A stretch of 64,000 nt of DNA from a virus (taxonomy: Duplodnaviria > Caudoviricetes), in the IMG/VR virus record IMGVR_UViG_3300033802_000250. One strand, given 5' to 3'. This document shows positions 38,201-48,200 of the stretch, one piece after another. The position numbers and the translations under genes are program-made. How positions within the stretch are numbered: position 1 is the stretch's first letter; every line of letters starts with the position of its first letter. Under the pieces are notes generated by a model. The model did no database searches, was not told where the DNA came from, and was given only the letters and a program-made list of their open reading frames with translations.

Positions 38201-40884
38201 ATCTGGCTTACGTGCGGATGTCCAATGTGTATGGCGCATTCGACTTCTCGACACGGCTTGTTGACCCGCGTGATTATATGAAGCATTCTTACGGCATTCT
38301 GGAGCGGGCAAAGAAGGTCTTCACGAACTTCTATCTAACGATCACCGAGAAGACGATTACCGAGCGCACGCAGTTGCTTGACCACCTCAAGCTGAAGCAG
38401 GGTTCCCGTGTGCATATCCGAATGGGATATGGCGCAACGGCGTCGTATCTGCCAATTTGTTTCAATGGTCAGATCGCAACGATCAATGAGGGCGATCATC
38501 TTGAGATGGTTTGCCAAGGCGACGGTGTCGAACTGACACGTATTGTTTCCGTGCATCCGAGCGGCAAGCTGACAAATGGCGCACCGCTTAAAGAAGAACC
38601 GCAAAACATCTTCAAGCAACTGCTTGTTTCGCGGATGTCGGACTTCTGGTTCGCAATGTCGGAGGATATGGGGAACATCTTCAACAATATCACGAACGCC
38701 TTCGGCATCGAGCATTTTGGGTACATCGAAAGCTACGCCAGCGACGGGACATGGCAAACGCTCAAAGACCTGATGGATTATCTGACCGACAAAATCTTCG
38801 ATACCGACAAGTCCGTCTACATCTACGATGTGATGAAAAACATCTATCGTGGAACAACAATTTCGGGCTTTACGGATACAGCGTTCGTGTTCGACTACGA
38901 AGCCAACATCAAAATCTATCCCTTCGGCAGAACAACATGGGATATTATGCAAGTCGTCACCTTGCATACCCCTGAGTTTATCTGTGCGCCGCATGTTCAC
39001 GGATTCCACAGCACGCTGTTCCACGGAATGCCGCATTGGCCCGTAAAGTATGCGTATCGCCGCAAACGAAATGCGAGCGGCAAGCCGATGGGCGACCCGG
39101 ACAAGTTGACCAGCTACGAGGAATTGTACAAGCCATTCCAGCAGTTCTATACCATCATGTCCGGGTACGATATTATCCATAACGGTATCGAGGTCAGTAG
39201 CGAAAACCTTCGTCATATCGCCGTCGGTGTGTATTTCAAAGGTGCGGGGCGCGAACAGGTCACGACGGATGCCGTTTATGCCGACCGTACCATCAAGCAA
39301 GAAATTCAGAAGACGATGCTGGTCGATACGATGGTTTATCAAAATCTGTGGGGGCCGGAATGGATTTATGACACTCTCCGGGGCGGCGCCGGATGGCTGT
39401 TTGACTTCACGGCATGGGGTGGCTCCAAGGTCGGTCGCTTCTTGTACAAGCATTTTGGAATGGATCCCGATCTGACAGACGAGCAGAAAGAAGCACTCTT
39501 GAAGCAACTCGACCCCTATGTCGAACAGGCAATGCCGGACAAAAACAAAGTGTTTCAGCCGGGATTTGAAATGGCGCTTGCTGTTACCATCGGAGCGCTT
39601 CAGCGCAACTTCATGGAGATGTATCAGGGCGAACTTATTATCTTCGGCGAACCATCCATCAAGCCGTGGGATATCTTCTATCTCGCAGATGAATACAACA
39701 TGATCCACGGAACGGCTGGTGTCGGCAAGGTTACGCATACGCTCAGTCAGGAGACCGGATTTACGACGGTTATCAAACCCGACCTGTGCGTAACCCGGAG
39801 CGATGGAGCGCATCGTAACTGGTTGTACAGTACCATTACCAAGGCCGGTAGCGCCCTTGTTTTGAAAGGGCTCCACCGTCTTGCGATGACGAAAGCGGCC
39901 AAGACAATCGCCGAACTGACCGGCGGCGGGACGCTGTGGACAGCCCGCAAGGTCATGCAAGGAGCCGGAAAACTGGCGTCGCTTACGGTAGGGGAAAATA
40001 CCGTACGGCTTGCCAAACAGGCGCTTGACGACTCGAAATTGGTCAAGACGGGGTGGTCATCGCTCAGAAGTCTTACCTCCATCGGCACGAAGGCGCTGAA
40101 GGCGGTCAAAACAAATGTCGTATTCGGCGTTATACTTGGCATCTTCACAACAAAGCTGGAAGATTGGATGCGTAAAGAACTCGGGTTCAACAACGTCATC
40201 TTCATCTACCCGTTGTGGAAGGCCGGTAAGCCGTTCGTTGCCGGGATTTCAGGATACCGCCACATCATTCCGAACTACATCGAGCCCGAATGGCTCCCGG
40301 TTGACTATATCGAGAAGATCGAGACTGGCGACCCCGAGTTCAAAAAGCCATCCTACGGTGACACCGAATATTCGGGATCGCTCATCGGCAGGTTGCCCGC
40401 AGGCGCAGTAACAAAACCGGTCGATCCATTCATCATCTCAAGCCGGTTCGGAATGCGTAACGGCAAGATGCATAAAGGGATCGACATCGCGCCTCTCCCG
40501 GATCGCAAAAAGAACACCTATGTCCGGTCGATTGCGGACGGCAAGGTCGTAGACTACGGATTCCAAGAGGAGATGGGCAACTATGTTTGTATCCAGCACA
40601 CCATCGGTGGTGAGCAATACTACGCAGTTTACATGCACTTGGCGCAGTCGTGGGTGCAAAAAGGCGACATCAGCGCCGGTGACGCCTTCGCCCTGATGGG
40701 TAATACCGGTAGCGTTCGCTCAGGAGGACGTGTGCCGGACGCCGACGAACTCGCGGCGGGCGCGGGCACCCATCTGCATCTTGAGATCAGCAAGGGAACG
40801 AAACGCGCAAAGACCGAGGAGGAAGGATTGCTCGATCCCGAAAAGTTCCTCGCGCAGTTCGGCATTGCGGACGAGAAGGAGTGA
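35272..40884 (+). CDS. Baseplate hub/tail-associated lysin: GH73 glucosaminidase, 2x LysM, hub-like region, M23 peptidase (1870 aa)
   Basis: YGINACFLAAVAALESGWGTS (GH73). YELEPGDNL..A.KF and YTVVDGDTW.DIA..FG..I.ALNP (LysM). ISSRFG.R..HKGID..YAVYMHL..HLHLEI (M23). GELIIFGEPSIKPWD..VTH..GFTT hub pattern. Confidence 0.85.
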   Translation: MADFYNHDVRSRCGVDAKTLDAKILPKAILNEQRRLKEEGVKVTSVMRGIGSLLLKMETEYGINACFLAAVAALESGWGTSDFAIQYKSIFAIGAYNKDPENTKEYGGATIEEGVANSVYAMKHYFIEKHKKYTINQFQSYPNAYAQLNDGTPTPHWAKNVADIWAELQGIPNTGVGRVSEYDNRSGSTSNGLIGRQWDWAKYELEPGDNLQTVAAKFKTGVDFLCKWNGITTSQVLHPGNVLRVYPCYTVVDGDTWNDIAVDFGLTIKEIKALNPGVPEVLNPGTKIRLPAIIITDDPPQSYDQVNRDTPDGASRYSRKLPLEPVLGVAPHVEDDEYPAHRTRQNPFTVRIGDVQLFLPPTSIKTSKEGFVDSRHVIRSHTDMMTRSGHTRRKIELELYFTDTDQINGYRVQGPNGMTYYMDGLRPLIAQFMKNPFLPIRNELLNDRHKIYNVAFHDLLIETDPDFPNVLVCRLSLLECSVEPLIQYPDFFYDELFMYPLFRWWYQQMLQENAANRLSARYLKTVPHGSLLGGITFNVLDREKVVELISNTNIYILSQIKFSELQSLMSPWPIGDAVLENVTVGMSKTYNPLHCDHHEIPVFQDLGGIKKEFILEFTCTNRAQLESLNNMVSHLEEMSRDFRHRFVSGFLQIDNEILNMCGIYNAMVVSMDTETLSEYDECFRVRLFCVGFDPTQKNHERVLGVNSLINDPEQYLSFSNPNNLNPETSALIENKTNRQSGVFMEAAVEEALNFLELYPDLELPTYDDVNKAIPAINKLRRTYGRSPLPMTQIPKPPGAVFVDPDFYFAYPDIKRAFETLEVGDFGAKFVNMFGNPDGYLDYAALSNEMDLGWWLDGQDDSLMKAWQDDAFKQTYREKMETVVDLSSLEPTDYADNIGTNWSADNPPPRNDELLRMMCHDMIMYNKRGRMVRAFPTYLILFVDEGQWLNGKRLWNNYYTYHAVHEISVVRDKDNPVDLAYVRMSNVYGAFDFSTRLVDPRDYMKHSYGILERAKKVFTNFYLTITEKTITERTQLLDHLKLKQGSRVHIRMGYGATASYLPICFNGQIATINEGDHLEMVCQGDGVELTRIVSVHPSGKLTNGAPLKEEPQNIFKQLLVSRMSDFWFAMSEDMGNIFNNITNAFGIEHFGYIESYASDGTWQTLKDLMDYLTDKIFDTDKSVYIYDVMKNIYRGTTISGFTDTAFVFDYEANIKIYPFGRTTWDIMQVVTLHTPEFICAPHVHGFHSTLFHGMPHWPVKYAYRRKRNASGKPMGDPDKLTSYEELYKPFQQFYTIMSGYDIIHNGIEVSSENLRHIAVGVYFKGAGREQVTTDAVYADRTIKQEIQKTMLVDTMVYQNLWGPEWIYDTLRGGAGWLFDFTAWGGSKVGRFLYKHFGMDPDLTDEQKEALLKQLDPYVEQAMPDKNKVFQPGFEMALAVTIGALQRNFMEMYQGELIIFGEPSIKPWDIFYLADEYNMIHGTAGVGKVTHTLSQETGFTTVIKPDLCVTRSDGAHRNWLYSTITKAGSALVLKGLHRLAMTKAAKTIAELTGGGTLWTARKVMQGAGKLASLTVGENTVRLAKQALDDSKLVKTGWSSLRSLTSIGTKALKAVKTNVVFGVILGIFTTKLEDWMRKELGFNNVIFIYPLWKAGKPFVAGISGYRHIIPNYIEPEWLPVDYIEKIETGDPEFKKPSYGDTEYSGSLIGRLPAGAVTKPVDPFIISSRFGMRNGKMHKGIDIAPLPDRKKNTYVRSIADGKVVDYGFQEEMGNYVCIQHTIGGEQYYAVYMHLAQSWVQKGDISAGDAFALMGNTGSVRSGGRVPDADELAAGAGTHLHLEISKGTKRAKTEEEGLLDPEKFLAQFGIADEKE

Positions 40885-40888
40885 TTCT

Positions 40889-41278
40889 ATGAACCCGGTA
40901 CAGAAGCGCATCTTCGATCAAGTCGTCAACCCGGCAATCCGTGGGCTTGCTGGTCTGCGGGTTGCCGAGATTATGGAGATCGACCACTTCCGAAAGAAGG
41001 CCAAGATTGCCTTTACGGACGGTCAACGGGAGAACGGGCAAGAGGTTGCGGAAGTCATGCTGGTTCGCCAGCAGGGCTTCCACGAACCCGGCCCGTTTGT
41101 CGGCGACACCGTTCTGATCGGATTCATGAACAACGACTACCGAAATCCGATCATCATCGGCTCGGTAGATTCTGCGTACCAGTTTCGCCGCAGAATCGAA
41201 CGAGATCGCCATCTCAGTCAAGGCTCGCTATTAAGCGACATCTATACGGAGAGGGTAGGTGAGACGTGGGATGTTTGA
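40889..41278 (+). CDS. Baseplate spike N-terminal (gp5-like OB-fold) protein
   Basis: ATG at 40889 after AAGGAG. P.VGDTVLIGFMNNDYRNPIIIG matches the gp5/VgrG OB-fold signature. Confidence 0.65.
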   Translation: MNPVQKRIFDQVVNPAIRGLAGLRVAEIMEIDHFRKKAKIAFTDGQRENGQEVAEVMLVRQQGFHEPGPFVGDTVLIGFMNNDYRNPIIIGSVDSAYQFRRRIERDRHLSQGSLLSDIYTERVGETWDV

Positions 41279-41987
41279 CCGGCAGTTTGGTTTCGAGGAG
41301 GTACACGATAAGCCCCGACTGGATCCAAACCAAGACCCGCTTCTCTCCATCTACGAGCAAGTCGCCAACAAACCGTATTTCTACGGCGACGAAGCGGGCC
41401 TCTATCACCCGCTTCTACATCAGGTTGTCAAAATGCGGAGTAATGGGATGATCGACATCTTCACAGCCCGCAACACCGGGATTCGGATTGATCCGAAAAC
41501 ACAATCCGTCAACCACTTTGCAAACCACCAGAAGTTCCACATCAACGAGATGTCGGCGTGGGTGACGGGAAATGTGAACGAGTACGTGAAGGGAACGCAT
41601 ACGATCAAGGCGGGCAAGAAGGTTGTCACAATTGCCAATGACAATATTGAGATCAAGACTGGCAAGAACATGGTCATCGAGATTTCCGGCGACGAAACGA
41701 TTCGCATCAAAGGTGATGCGAAGATCGAGGTCAACGGAAATTTAGATGCAAAAGTGAAAGAACATGCTACAATAAATGTAGACAAGACGGCTTCGATGCA
41801 CGGCCAAAACATTCGGATTCGTGCAACGAATGATCTGTCTTTGGACGGAAATCGGATTCTGATCGGGCTCAGCCAGCCTGACGACCACAATGCGGCTCGG
41901 TGGGAGGACTACTACGTCTACGACGAAAAGGGAAACCGCGAGAAACGTCGCCGCGTCGCTCAATCGAACAAGGTATGGATCGGGTGA
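41271..41987 (+). CDS. Baseplate spike beta-helix (gp5 C-terminal-like) protein
   Basis: 8-residue periodic I.I.G repeats (IEIKTGKN MVIEISGD ETIRIKGD AKIEVNGN). ATG at 41271 is preferred over the GTG at 41259. Confidence 0.7.
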   Translation: MFDRQFGFEEVHDKPRLDPNQDPLLSIYEQVANKPYFYGDEAGLYHPLLHQVVKMRSNGMIDIFTARNTGIRIDPKTQSVNHFANHQKFHINEMSAWVTGNVNEYVKGTHTIKAGKKVVTIANDNIEIKTGKNMVIEISGDETIRIKGDAKIEVNGNLDAKVKEHATINVDKTASMHGQNIRIRATNDLSLDGNRILIGLSQPDDHNAARWEDYYVYDEKGNREKRRRVAQSNKVWIG

Positions 41988-41991
41988 TGAT

Positions 41992-42411
41992 ATGGCGAAG
42001 TATGACAAAGTGGATCTCAAACTCACCGAAGACGGCGATCTTGTCATCGAAAAGGGTGACTTGGCGCTGGTTCGCAAGCAGGAATTTATCAACCAATCGG
42101 CGCGGAACCGCGTCAAAACTAACGACCCGGAGTGGCCCGACTATCAGGGGATCGCAATCGGCGCAAATTTTGAAGATTTGCGCGGCAAACCAAACACCAT
42201 CGAAACGGCTCGGGAAGGCGTAGAAAAACTGACAGATTGTCTGACACGAGATGGTCTTATCGACCCGGAGGATTTGTATATCCAGCCTGTTCCGATTGAT
42301 AGGAAAACCATCGTCTTCTTCGTCTTCATCAATTCGCCGTATGAAGCGGAGCCGACGGGGTTTCAGGTTAAGCTGAACCTCGACACGGGTGTTGCGATAA
42401 GAGGTGTATAG
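41992..42411 (+). CDS. Baseplate wedge / sheath-initiator protein (gp25/DUF2634-like)
   Basis: DLKLTEDGDLVI..GDLALV..INQ..NRVKT..EW..IGA; position before baseplate J. Confidence 0.7.
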   Translation: MAKYDKVDLKLTEDGDLVIEKGDLALVRKQEFINQSARNRVKTNDPEWPDYQGIAIGANFEDLRGKPNTIETAREGVEKLTDCLTRDGLIDPEDLYIQPVPIDRKTIVFFVFINSPYEAEPTGFQVKLNLDTGVAIRGV

Positions 42412-42414
42412 CGG

Positions 42415-43236
42415 ATGATCCTTCTCAAGAAGACAATCGAGGAAATCATGGAGGAAACCCTGAAGGAAGCCGAGGGCATGGGTATTACGGAAACCGATGC
42501 AGGCGGGGTATGCCGCCTTTTGTTGTATCTGATCAACAAGCGGTTGGCCGCTTTCTACGACACGCTTGACCTGAACATCGCGCAAGCCTTCGTGTCAAAT
42601 GCGACAGGGTTCTTTCTGGACAAGATCGGACAACTGCTGGATTGCAAACGCAACACCGGAGAAAGCGATGACGACTTTCGTTTCCGCATCACCAAGCAGA
42701 TTCAGAGCGTCGCATCCGGGAACTATACGGCAGTTCGCCTTGCGATCCTATCGGTGCCCGGCGTGCAGGACGTAAAGCTTCAGCGGTTCACGCATGGCGC
42801 GGGGTCGTTTTCTGCGTACGTCATCTCCGCAGATCCGATCACACCGCAGGCTATTCTGGATGCGGTCAATGAGAAAATCAACAACGGGATCGAGAGCTTC
42901 GGCATCCGGGCCGAAGCATTCCGTCCCATTATCATCCCGGTGGAAATGAAAATTCGGCTGATCTTCAACAAAACTGTCACCGACTTGGACAAGCGGCTCG
43001 CCATCGCGCAAGCCCAAGAAGAAGTCAAGAAGTACGTCAACAGCAGGAACGTTGGAGAACCATTGGAAATCAAAGAGATCGACCGGCGCATCCGGGCCAT
43101 CAACGAAGGCATCGAGGAGATTCTGATCTTCCATTTCAAGGTCAGCAATCGCCCGGCGCTCATCACTGACCAAACTTGCGCGTGGAACGAACGGTTTGTT
43201 GAGAGCGATAAACCGAACGCCATCCAAGTGATGTAG
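42415..43236 (+). CDS. Baseplate J-like wedge protein
   Basis: ATGFFLDKIG..R..ESDDDFRFRI..GNYTAVRLAILSVPGVQDV..GAGS..YV motifs. Confidence 0.85.
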   Translation: MILLKKTIEEIMEETLKEAEGMGITETDAGGVCRLLLYLINKRLAAFYDTLDLNIAQAFVSNATGFFLDKIGQLLDCKRNTGESDDDFRFRITKQIQSVASGNYTAVRLAILSVPGVQDVKLQRFTHGAGSFSAYVISADPITPQAILDAVNEKINNGIESFGIRAEAFRPIIIPVEMKIRLIFNKTVTDLDKRLAIAQAQEEVKKYVNSRNVGEPLEIKEIDRRIRAINEGIEEILIFHFKVSNRPALITDQTCAWNERFVESDKPNAIQVM

Positions 43237-43250
43237 GAAGGAGGAAGGCC

Positions 43251-44060
43251 ATGCATACGGGAATTGACCATACGCTCTTGGATCCCAAGCAGATCAAGCC
43301 ATCGAAGCCGGGATATGAGAGCCTGTACGAGCAGTTGGAGTTTGGTCGCTTCAACTCTGTCAAAAGCGGAGCGGCTCCGACGCTGTATCAGGAATTGGTT
43401 GCTTCACAGGGACAGCGGCGCTTCATCCTTCCGCAAGGAACATTCACGGTTGGCGATCACAGTCTCATGGTGCTGGTCAATGGTCAGATGATGCGCGTTG
43501 GCCCGGACAACGATTATGTTGAAATCGACAGCCGAACCATCGAGTTCAACTTCGATTTGGATCAAGATGATGTCGTTGTCTTCCGGGTAAACGGCGGCAC
43601 CAGCGGGCCGCTCATGCATGAAAGCTACGAAGCGACCGCCGGGCAGACGGTATTCGATCTAGCCTCAAGCTATGCGGTCGGCAACCATTCGCTGTTGGTA
43701 TTCGTCAACGGCGCATTCCAGACTGTGGATATCGACTACGAAGAAACATCCCCCAAACGGGTGACATTTCTGGAGCCGCTCGAAGAAGGCGACCTCGTAA
43801 CCTTTCGCGTGGAAGGATTGCCGGTCGTCGTCAGTAAATACCCGAACCAAACGGTGATCAGCACGTTCGACAACGACGGGCGGATTATCCGGGAGGAGAT
43901 CACGGGCGACGTACATATTGTCAAGGAGTTCGAGTACGATCAAAGCGGCTTTCCTTCTCGCATGATTATCCGTGAGGGCGGCTACACCGTCACCAAAACC
44001 TACACATGGGTCAATGGTGTCTGCACGGGTATTGAACAATCCGTGAAGGAGGCCACATAA
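43251..44060 (+). CDS. Fibre-associated protein: two ~70-aa Ig-like modules and a C-terminal YD-like hairpin region
   Basis: Two GQ..F.L....VG.HSL.V.VNG..DY.E modules; FDNDGRIIREE..YDQSG. Confidence 0.55.
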   Translation: MHTGIDHTLLDPKQIKPSKPGYESLYEQLEFGRFNSVKSGAAPTLYQELVASQGQRRFILPQGTFTVGDHSLMVLVNGQMMRVGPDNDYVEIDSRTIEFNFDLDQDDVVVFRVNGGTSGPLMHESYEATAGQTVFDLASSYAVGNHSLLVFVNGAFQTVDIDYEETSPKRVTFLEPLEEGDLVTFRVEGLPVVVSKYPNQTVISTFDNDGRIIREEITGDVHIVKEFEYDQSGFPSRMIIREGGYTVTKTYTWVNGVCTGIEQSVKEAT

Positions 44061-45202
44061 TGGACGAGTTTCTGATCCGACACAAATTCCATACGCTCGA
44101 TAAAACCATCGAGGCGAACAAGGCCGCCGCAGACCAGCACCTTGCTCAACATGACTCGGACATCGCCAGCCTCGATCAGCGTGTGGATACGCTGGAAGGC
44201 AAGGAAACAGAAAGCTCCGGCGCAATCAATACGCTTCGTCAGCAGGTAACAGATCTGCAAAAGATGCTTGCTGATGTGACGCACGAGTTGAACAAGACGA
44301 AGCTCATCAATCTGAAACAGGATATCGTCATCCGAACGCTTCATAACATGCAGGCGTTCGATGCTTACGATATGTTCGCCGACACGTTCGCAGATGCGAC
44401 CCACATCGACATGGAGAACAGCATCCGGGCAGAATGGATGCCGGATTACCAAGCGGTCGGCAAAACCCGCCGGTCGGTTGTCGAGCTTCAGCAACTTTCG
44501 GCTCCAACCAACTTCCTGATTGCGAAGAACCAAACGAGCGACGAAGCTATTGCGCAAAGTTTCGTCATTGATAAGACCAAACAGGTTGACAAGGTGTCCA
44601 TTGTCGTCAGCAGGTTCAACGACAATACGACACAGCCGCTTATCGTCAGCATACGAGCCACGATTGACGGCCCGGATTTGACGAGCCGCGATATTACGGC
44701 AAACGAAGCGATAGGCGGATTTGTGGACGTGGAACTACCGGATTACATGCTGGACGCCGGGCATGTGTACTATCTTGTCTTGCGTACCAATGACTCTTAC
44801 GGCTACAGAATTGGCATGGATACGGTGGACAAATATCTCGGCGGCACCTCATTCAGTCTGTTCAACAATGTCTGGACGGACAATAACCACGACATCGCCT
44901 TCAAAATCTGGTGTTTTCCGTCGGAGGACGAAAACAACGCAACGATCCTCAGCGTTCCGAAAACACTGGCAACGACGCCGAAAACAATTGTATTCGAGCG
45001 CGAAGAAACTCTGGAACCCGGGAGCGGGATCAACTACTTCGTATCACGCGACGGCGGCCTGAACTGGAAAATTCTCCAGCCGGGCATCGTAACGAATCTG
45101 GACGACCTGCCGCCCGGCAACAAGCTTGTGCTGAAGGCGTATATTTTGGGCTCCTCCCGGATCGAAGCGTGGGGCTATGTGGTAACAAGGAGTGACGTAT
45201 AA
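44060..45202 (+). CDS. Fibre/receptor-binding protein (coiled coil, jelly-roll-like domain, SRDGG domain)
   Basis: Heptad N-terminus; IAQSF..YYLVL..DIAFKI; YFVSRDGGLNW. Confidence 0.55.
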   Translation: MDEFLIRHKFHTLDKTIEANKAAADQHLAQHDSDIASLDQRVDTLEGKETESSGAINTLRQQVTDLQKMLADVTHELNKTKLINLKQDIVIRTLHNMQAFDAYDMFADTFADATHIDMENSIRAEWMPDYQAVGKTRRSVVELQQLSAPTNFLIAKNQTSDEAIAQSFVIDKTKQVDKVSIVVSRFNDNTTQPLIVSIRATIDGPDLTSRDITANEAIGGFVDVELPDYMLDAGHVYYLVLRTNDSYGYRIGMDTVDKYLGGTSFSLFNNVWTDNNHDIAFKIWCFPSEDENNATILSVPKTLATTPKTIVFEREETLEPGSGINYFVSRDGGLNWKILQPGIVTNLDDLPPGNKLVLKAYILGSSRIEAWGYVVTRSDV

Positions 45203-48200
45203 TGACCAGAACGACTCGGCTCAGCCAGCGCAAAATCAAGTCCACCGACCCGGCATACCCTTCGCTGAAAGAGCAGTTGGATGCTCGCAATCAGGGCGGC
45301 ACCGGGTCGGGGTACACGATGCCTGCGGGCGGGATTCCTCGTACCGACATGACAGATGATGTACAAGCGTCGCTGGCGCGGGCGGACATCGCCTACATCA
45401 TTCCGCCTACCGGCATCCCGGAAGCGGAACTGGAACAAGCTGTGCGTGACAGTTTGGGCAGAGCAAACACGGCTTATCAAAAGCCACCCGGCGGGATTCC
45501 GATTTCCGATCTGGAGCCCGCCGCGCAACAGCGACTTACCGATTACACATCCTTCTACGTCAAGCCTGCGCCGGGCATCCCTCGCATGGATCTTGATTCT
45601 GCCGTGCAGGCTTCGCTTGGTTTGGCCGACTCTGCATACCAGAAACCGGTCGGCGGTATTCCGGTTGCCGATCTCTCGTCGGAAGTTCAGGAAGCGCTGA
45701 ACAAGGCAGGTACAGCATACCAGAAGCCATCCGGGGGCATTCCGCTGTCTGATCTTGCGGAGACGGTCGTCCGTCTGTCGGATTTGACTCCGTATAACCA
45801 GCATATCAACGATACATCCAAACACATCACAGATCATACCAAGCTGTCGAATATCGGGATTTACTCCCACAGCGAGATCGACCAGCAACTCGATTATCAC
45901 AAGCGGATGATCGAGCAACTGAATCACGAAATCAGCGATGCCCGTGACACCTTTGTTTCGCTTGGCACCCGTATTGACGCAACCATCGGCAAAAACACCG
46001 AGTATGTCGTCAACGACGAGTTCGAGTGGAAGAAAGGCACCATCAACGGGCTGATTGTCAATAAGGAAGGCAACGTCACTTTCAGCTTTATACCGGAGCC
46101 GATCCTGATCGACCTCTACGATGTATCGCAAGGAGACGCTTTTACGGCTGAACGCCGTTTGGGTGGGATCTACTTTACACAAGAAACCCATGTCAATCGC
46201 GGTGATCTGCCTTGGGTGGATGCTACGAATTGGTATGACTACATCGGCATTCGCTCCATGTTTTATGTCTACGCACCGGAAACGGGCGAGTACGAGTTCA
46301 CCTTCGTATTTTCCGGGAAAGTACGGATGCAAGTAGGCGGCCAGCTTCTCTTTAACGACACCAGCGGTTACATCTTCCATAACGCAACGGCTCGCTCCGG
46401 GCGCGTAAAGCTGGAAGGCGGGCGGCTGTATCCGGTGGTTATCGAGGGATGGTATTATACCGAAGGCGACCGGATTATCAGCCTGTATTGGAAGCGTCCG
46501 GGATTCGCAAGCTCCAGCACAATTCCGATGGAATACCTGAACCATAGCGGATATGCAACGGCGGTCGAAGGCACCTATGAATCCGAGGTTATTGACCTCA
46601 AAGATACAGCCATCAGCGTGTGGTATCTGACGACCGAAATGGTGGATTACCGGCAGGAAGATGATGTTGTTGCTGAGGTTTCAACCAGTGATGATGGCGA
46701 AACCTTCGGGCCGTGGGTGGAAACCCCGGCGGTTGGGGAAATCGCGGCGACGCCAAAACGCTTCCTGAAAATCCGCTTCACTGTCCGCAAGCTATTCGCG
46801 CAGTACACGCCGATGCTGAAGGCGTACCGCATCCGCTACATTTCCTCGGCCAACAACTTCTACTACAAGGAGATCATGGAGGCCCGGGATGTTTATCTGA
46901 GCCTGAAGGATCGCCTCGATGCCATTCAGGAAGGCGTCAACCAACTGGCCGATTTGCAATTACAGTTCAACGCCAGCAACATCCATCCCGAATATTTCGC
47001 AAGCGTGCGGCTGGCGGCCATCGAACTTAATCTGCTGAATCAGTATTACAACCACCTGAAAGCCGTTGCCGACGACTATGAACTGCTTGTGGATGGTGTT
47101 GTCGATCATCTGAAAACGACGAATTGGATCGACATTGAACGGAGTGATGCCTTTACTTTTGTTCCCGGCTCGATTGGGCAGAATCAGAATACCACGATCT
47201 TCGAGGGAACGGGTGCGTGGAATCAGTTTACGCTGGATCGCCTTGATTACGACGATAACGGGTTTCTGCGTCTTGCGTATGTGCGCGGTTCTGGTGGAAT
47301 GGTCAACGATATTTTGGACAACCAATATGCGTGGAGCCAGACATCGGAAGCACAGATTGGCCGATCCTACAGAAAATTCCTCGCCCAGCCGTTTTATCCG
47401 CGTCCGCACACCGGAGCAATCAAGCGAATAAAAGTGTATCGGTCGTCAAACGCCAACAACACGGTCTGGTATCGTGTAATGATCTGTCCGGCCAAGCCGG
47501 ATGGAACGCCGGATATTTATGCTCCGCTCTGGCAATCTGCGGATCTTAGTGGAAGCGGAAACTATGTTCACGACTTCGACGAAATCTACGTTACCGTTAC
47601 GCCGGAGCAAAAATACTTCATCGTCATCCAGATGGTGAACTACAATAACAACAACGCATATCTGTACTTCTGGCAATCGTACAACAACTCCAATGCCAGC
47701 GAGCGGCTTCGCTCCGACAACCCGGAGAATCAGCCGTTGTTGATGATGTACACGAACAACGATGCACCTTCGGAAGCTTCGCATTGGGTGACAGGGCAAC
47801 ACTTCATGTGGTGTTATATCGAGGAACATACACAGCACGAGCCGGAGGGGTACGCAGAGTATATCATCGACTACGGCAAACCGACGCGGCTGATCAATGT
47901 CGATTATGATATTGACAATCCGGCAAACGGTGTGGTTCAGATCCGGTATGCGTCGTCGCCGGATATGGGTTTGTGGTCATTGTACTCCGAAGATCCAAAA
48001 GATGTTCCGCCGGATCGCTTCATAAAGGTGCAGATCCACATGACGGCTCCGAGCCTTGGTTATCTGTCACCCGCACTCAAGCGCATCTCCGTTGGGTTTG
48101 CCGGAGTTCATGGCGAAATTATCACGAAGGCGTTCACTTTGGGTCGCGTGCCAACGCACGCTTTGTTGATCGTTGAACAGCCGGAAAACCAACATGTGAG

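Noticed and set aside
40730-40888. N-terminal extensions in the ORF track (40730, 41890, 21130 starts)
   Set aside because: They overlap upstream genes; downstream starts with good RBS (40889, 41992, 21169) fit better.
45313-45766. CRISPR-like or non-coding DNA repeat
   Set aside because: The repeats are degenerate at nucleotide level and conserved at protein level inside a CDS.
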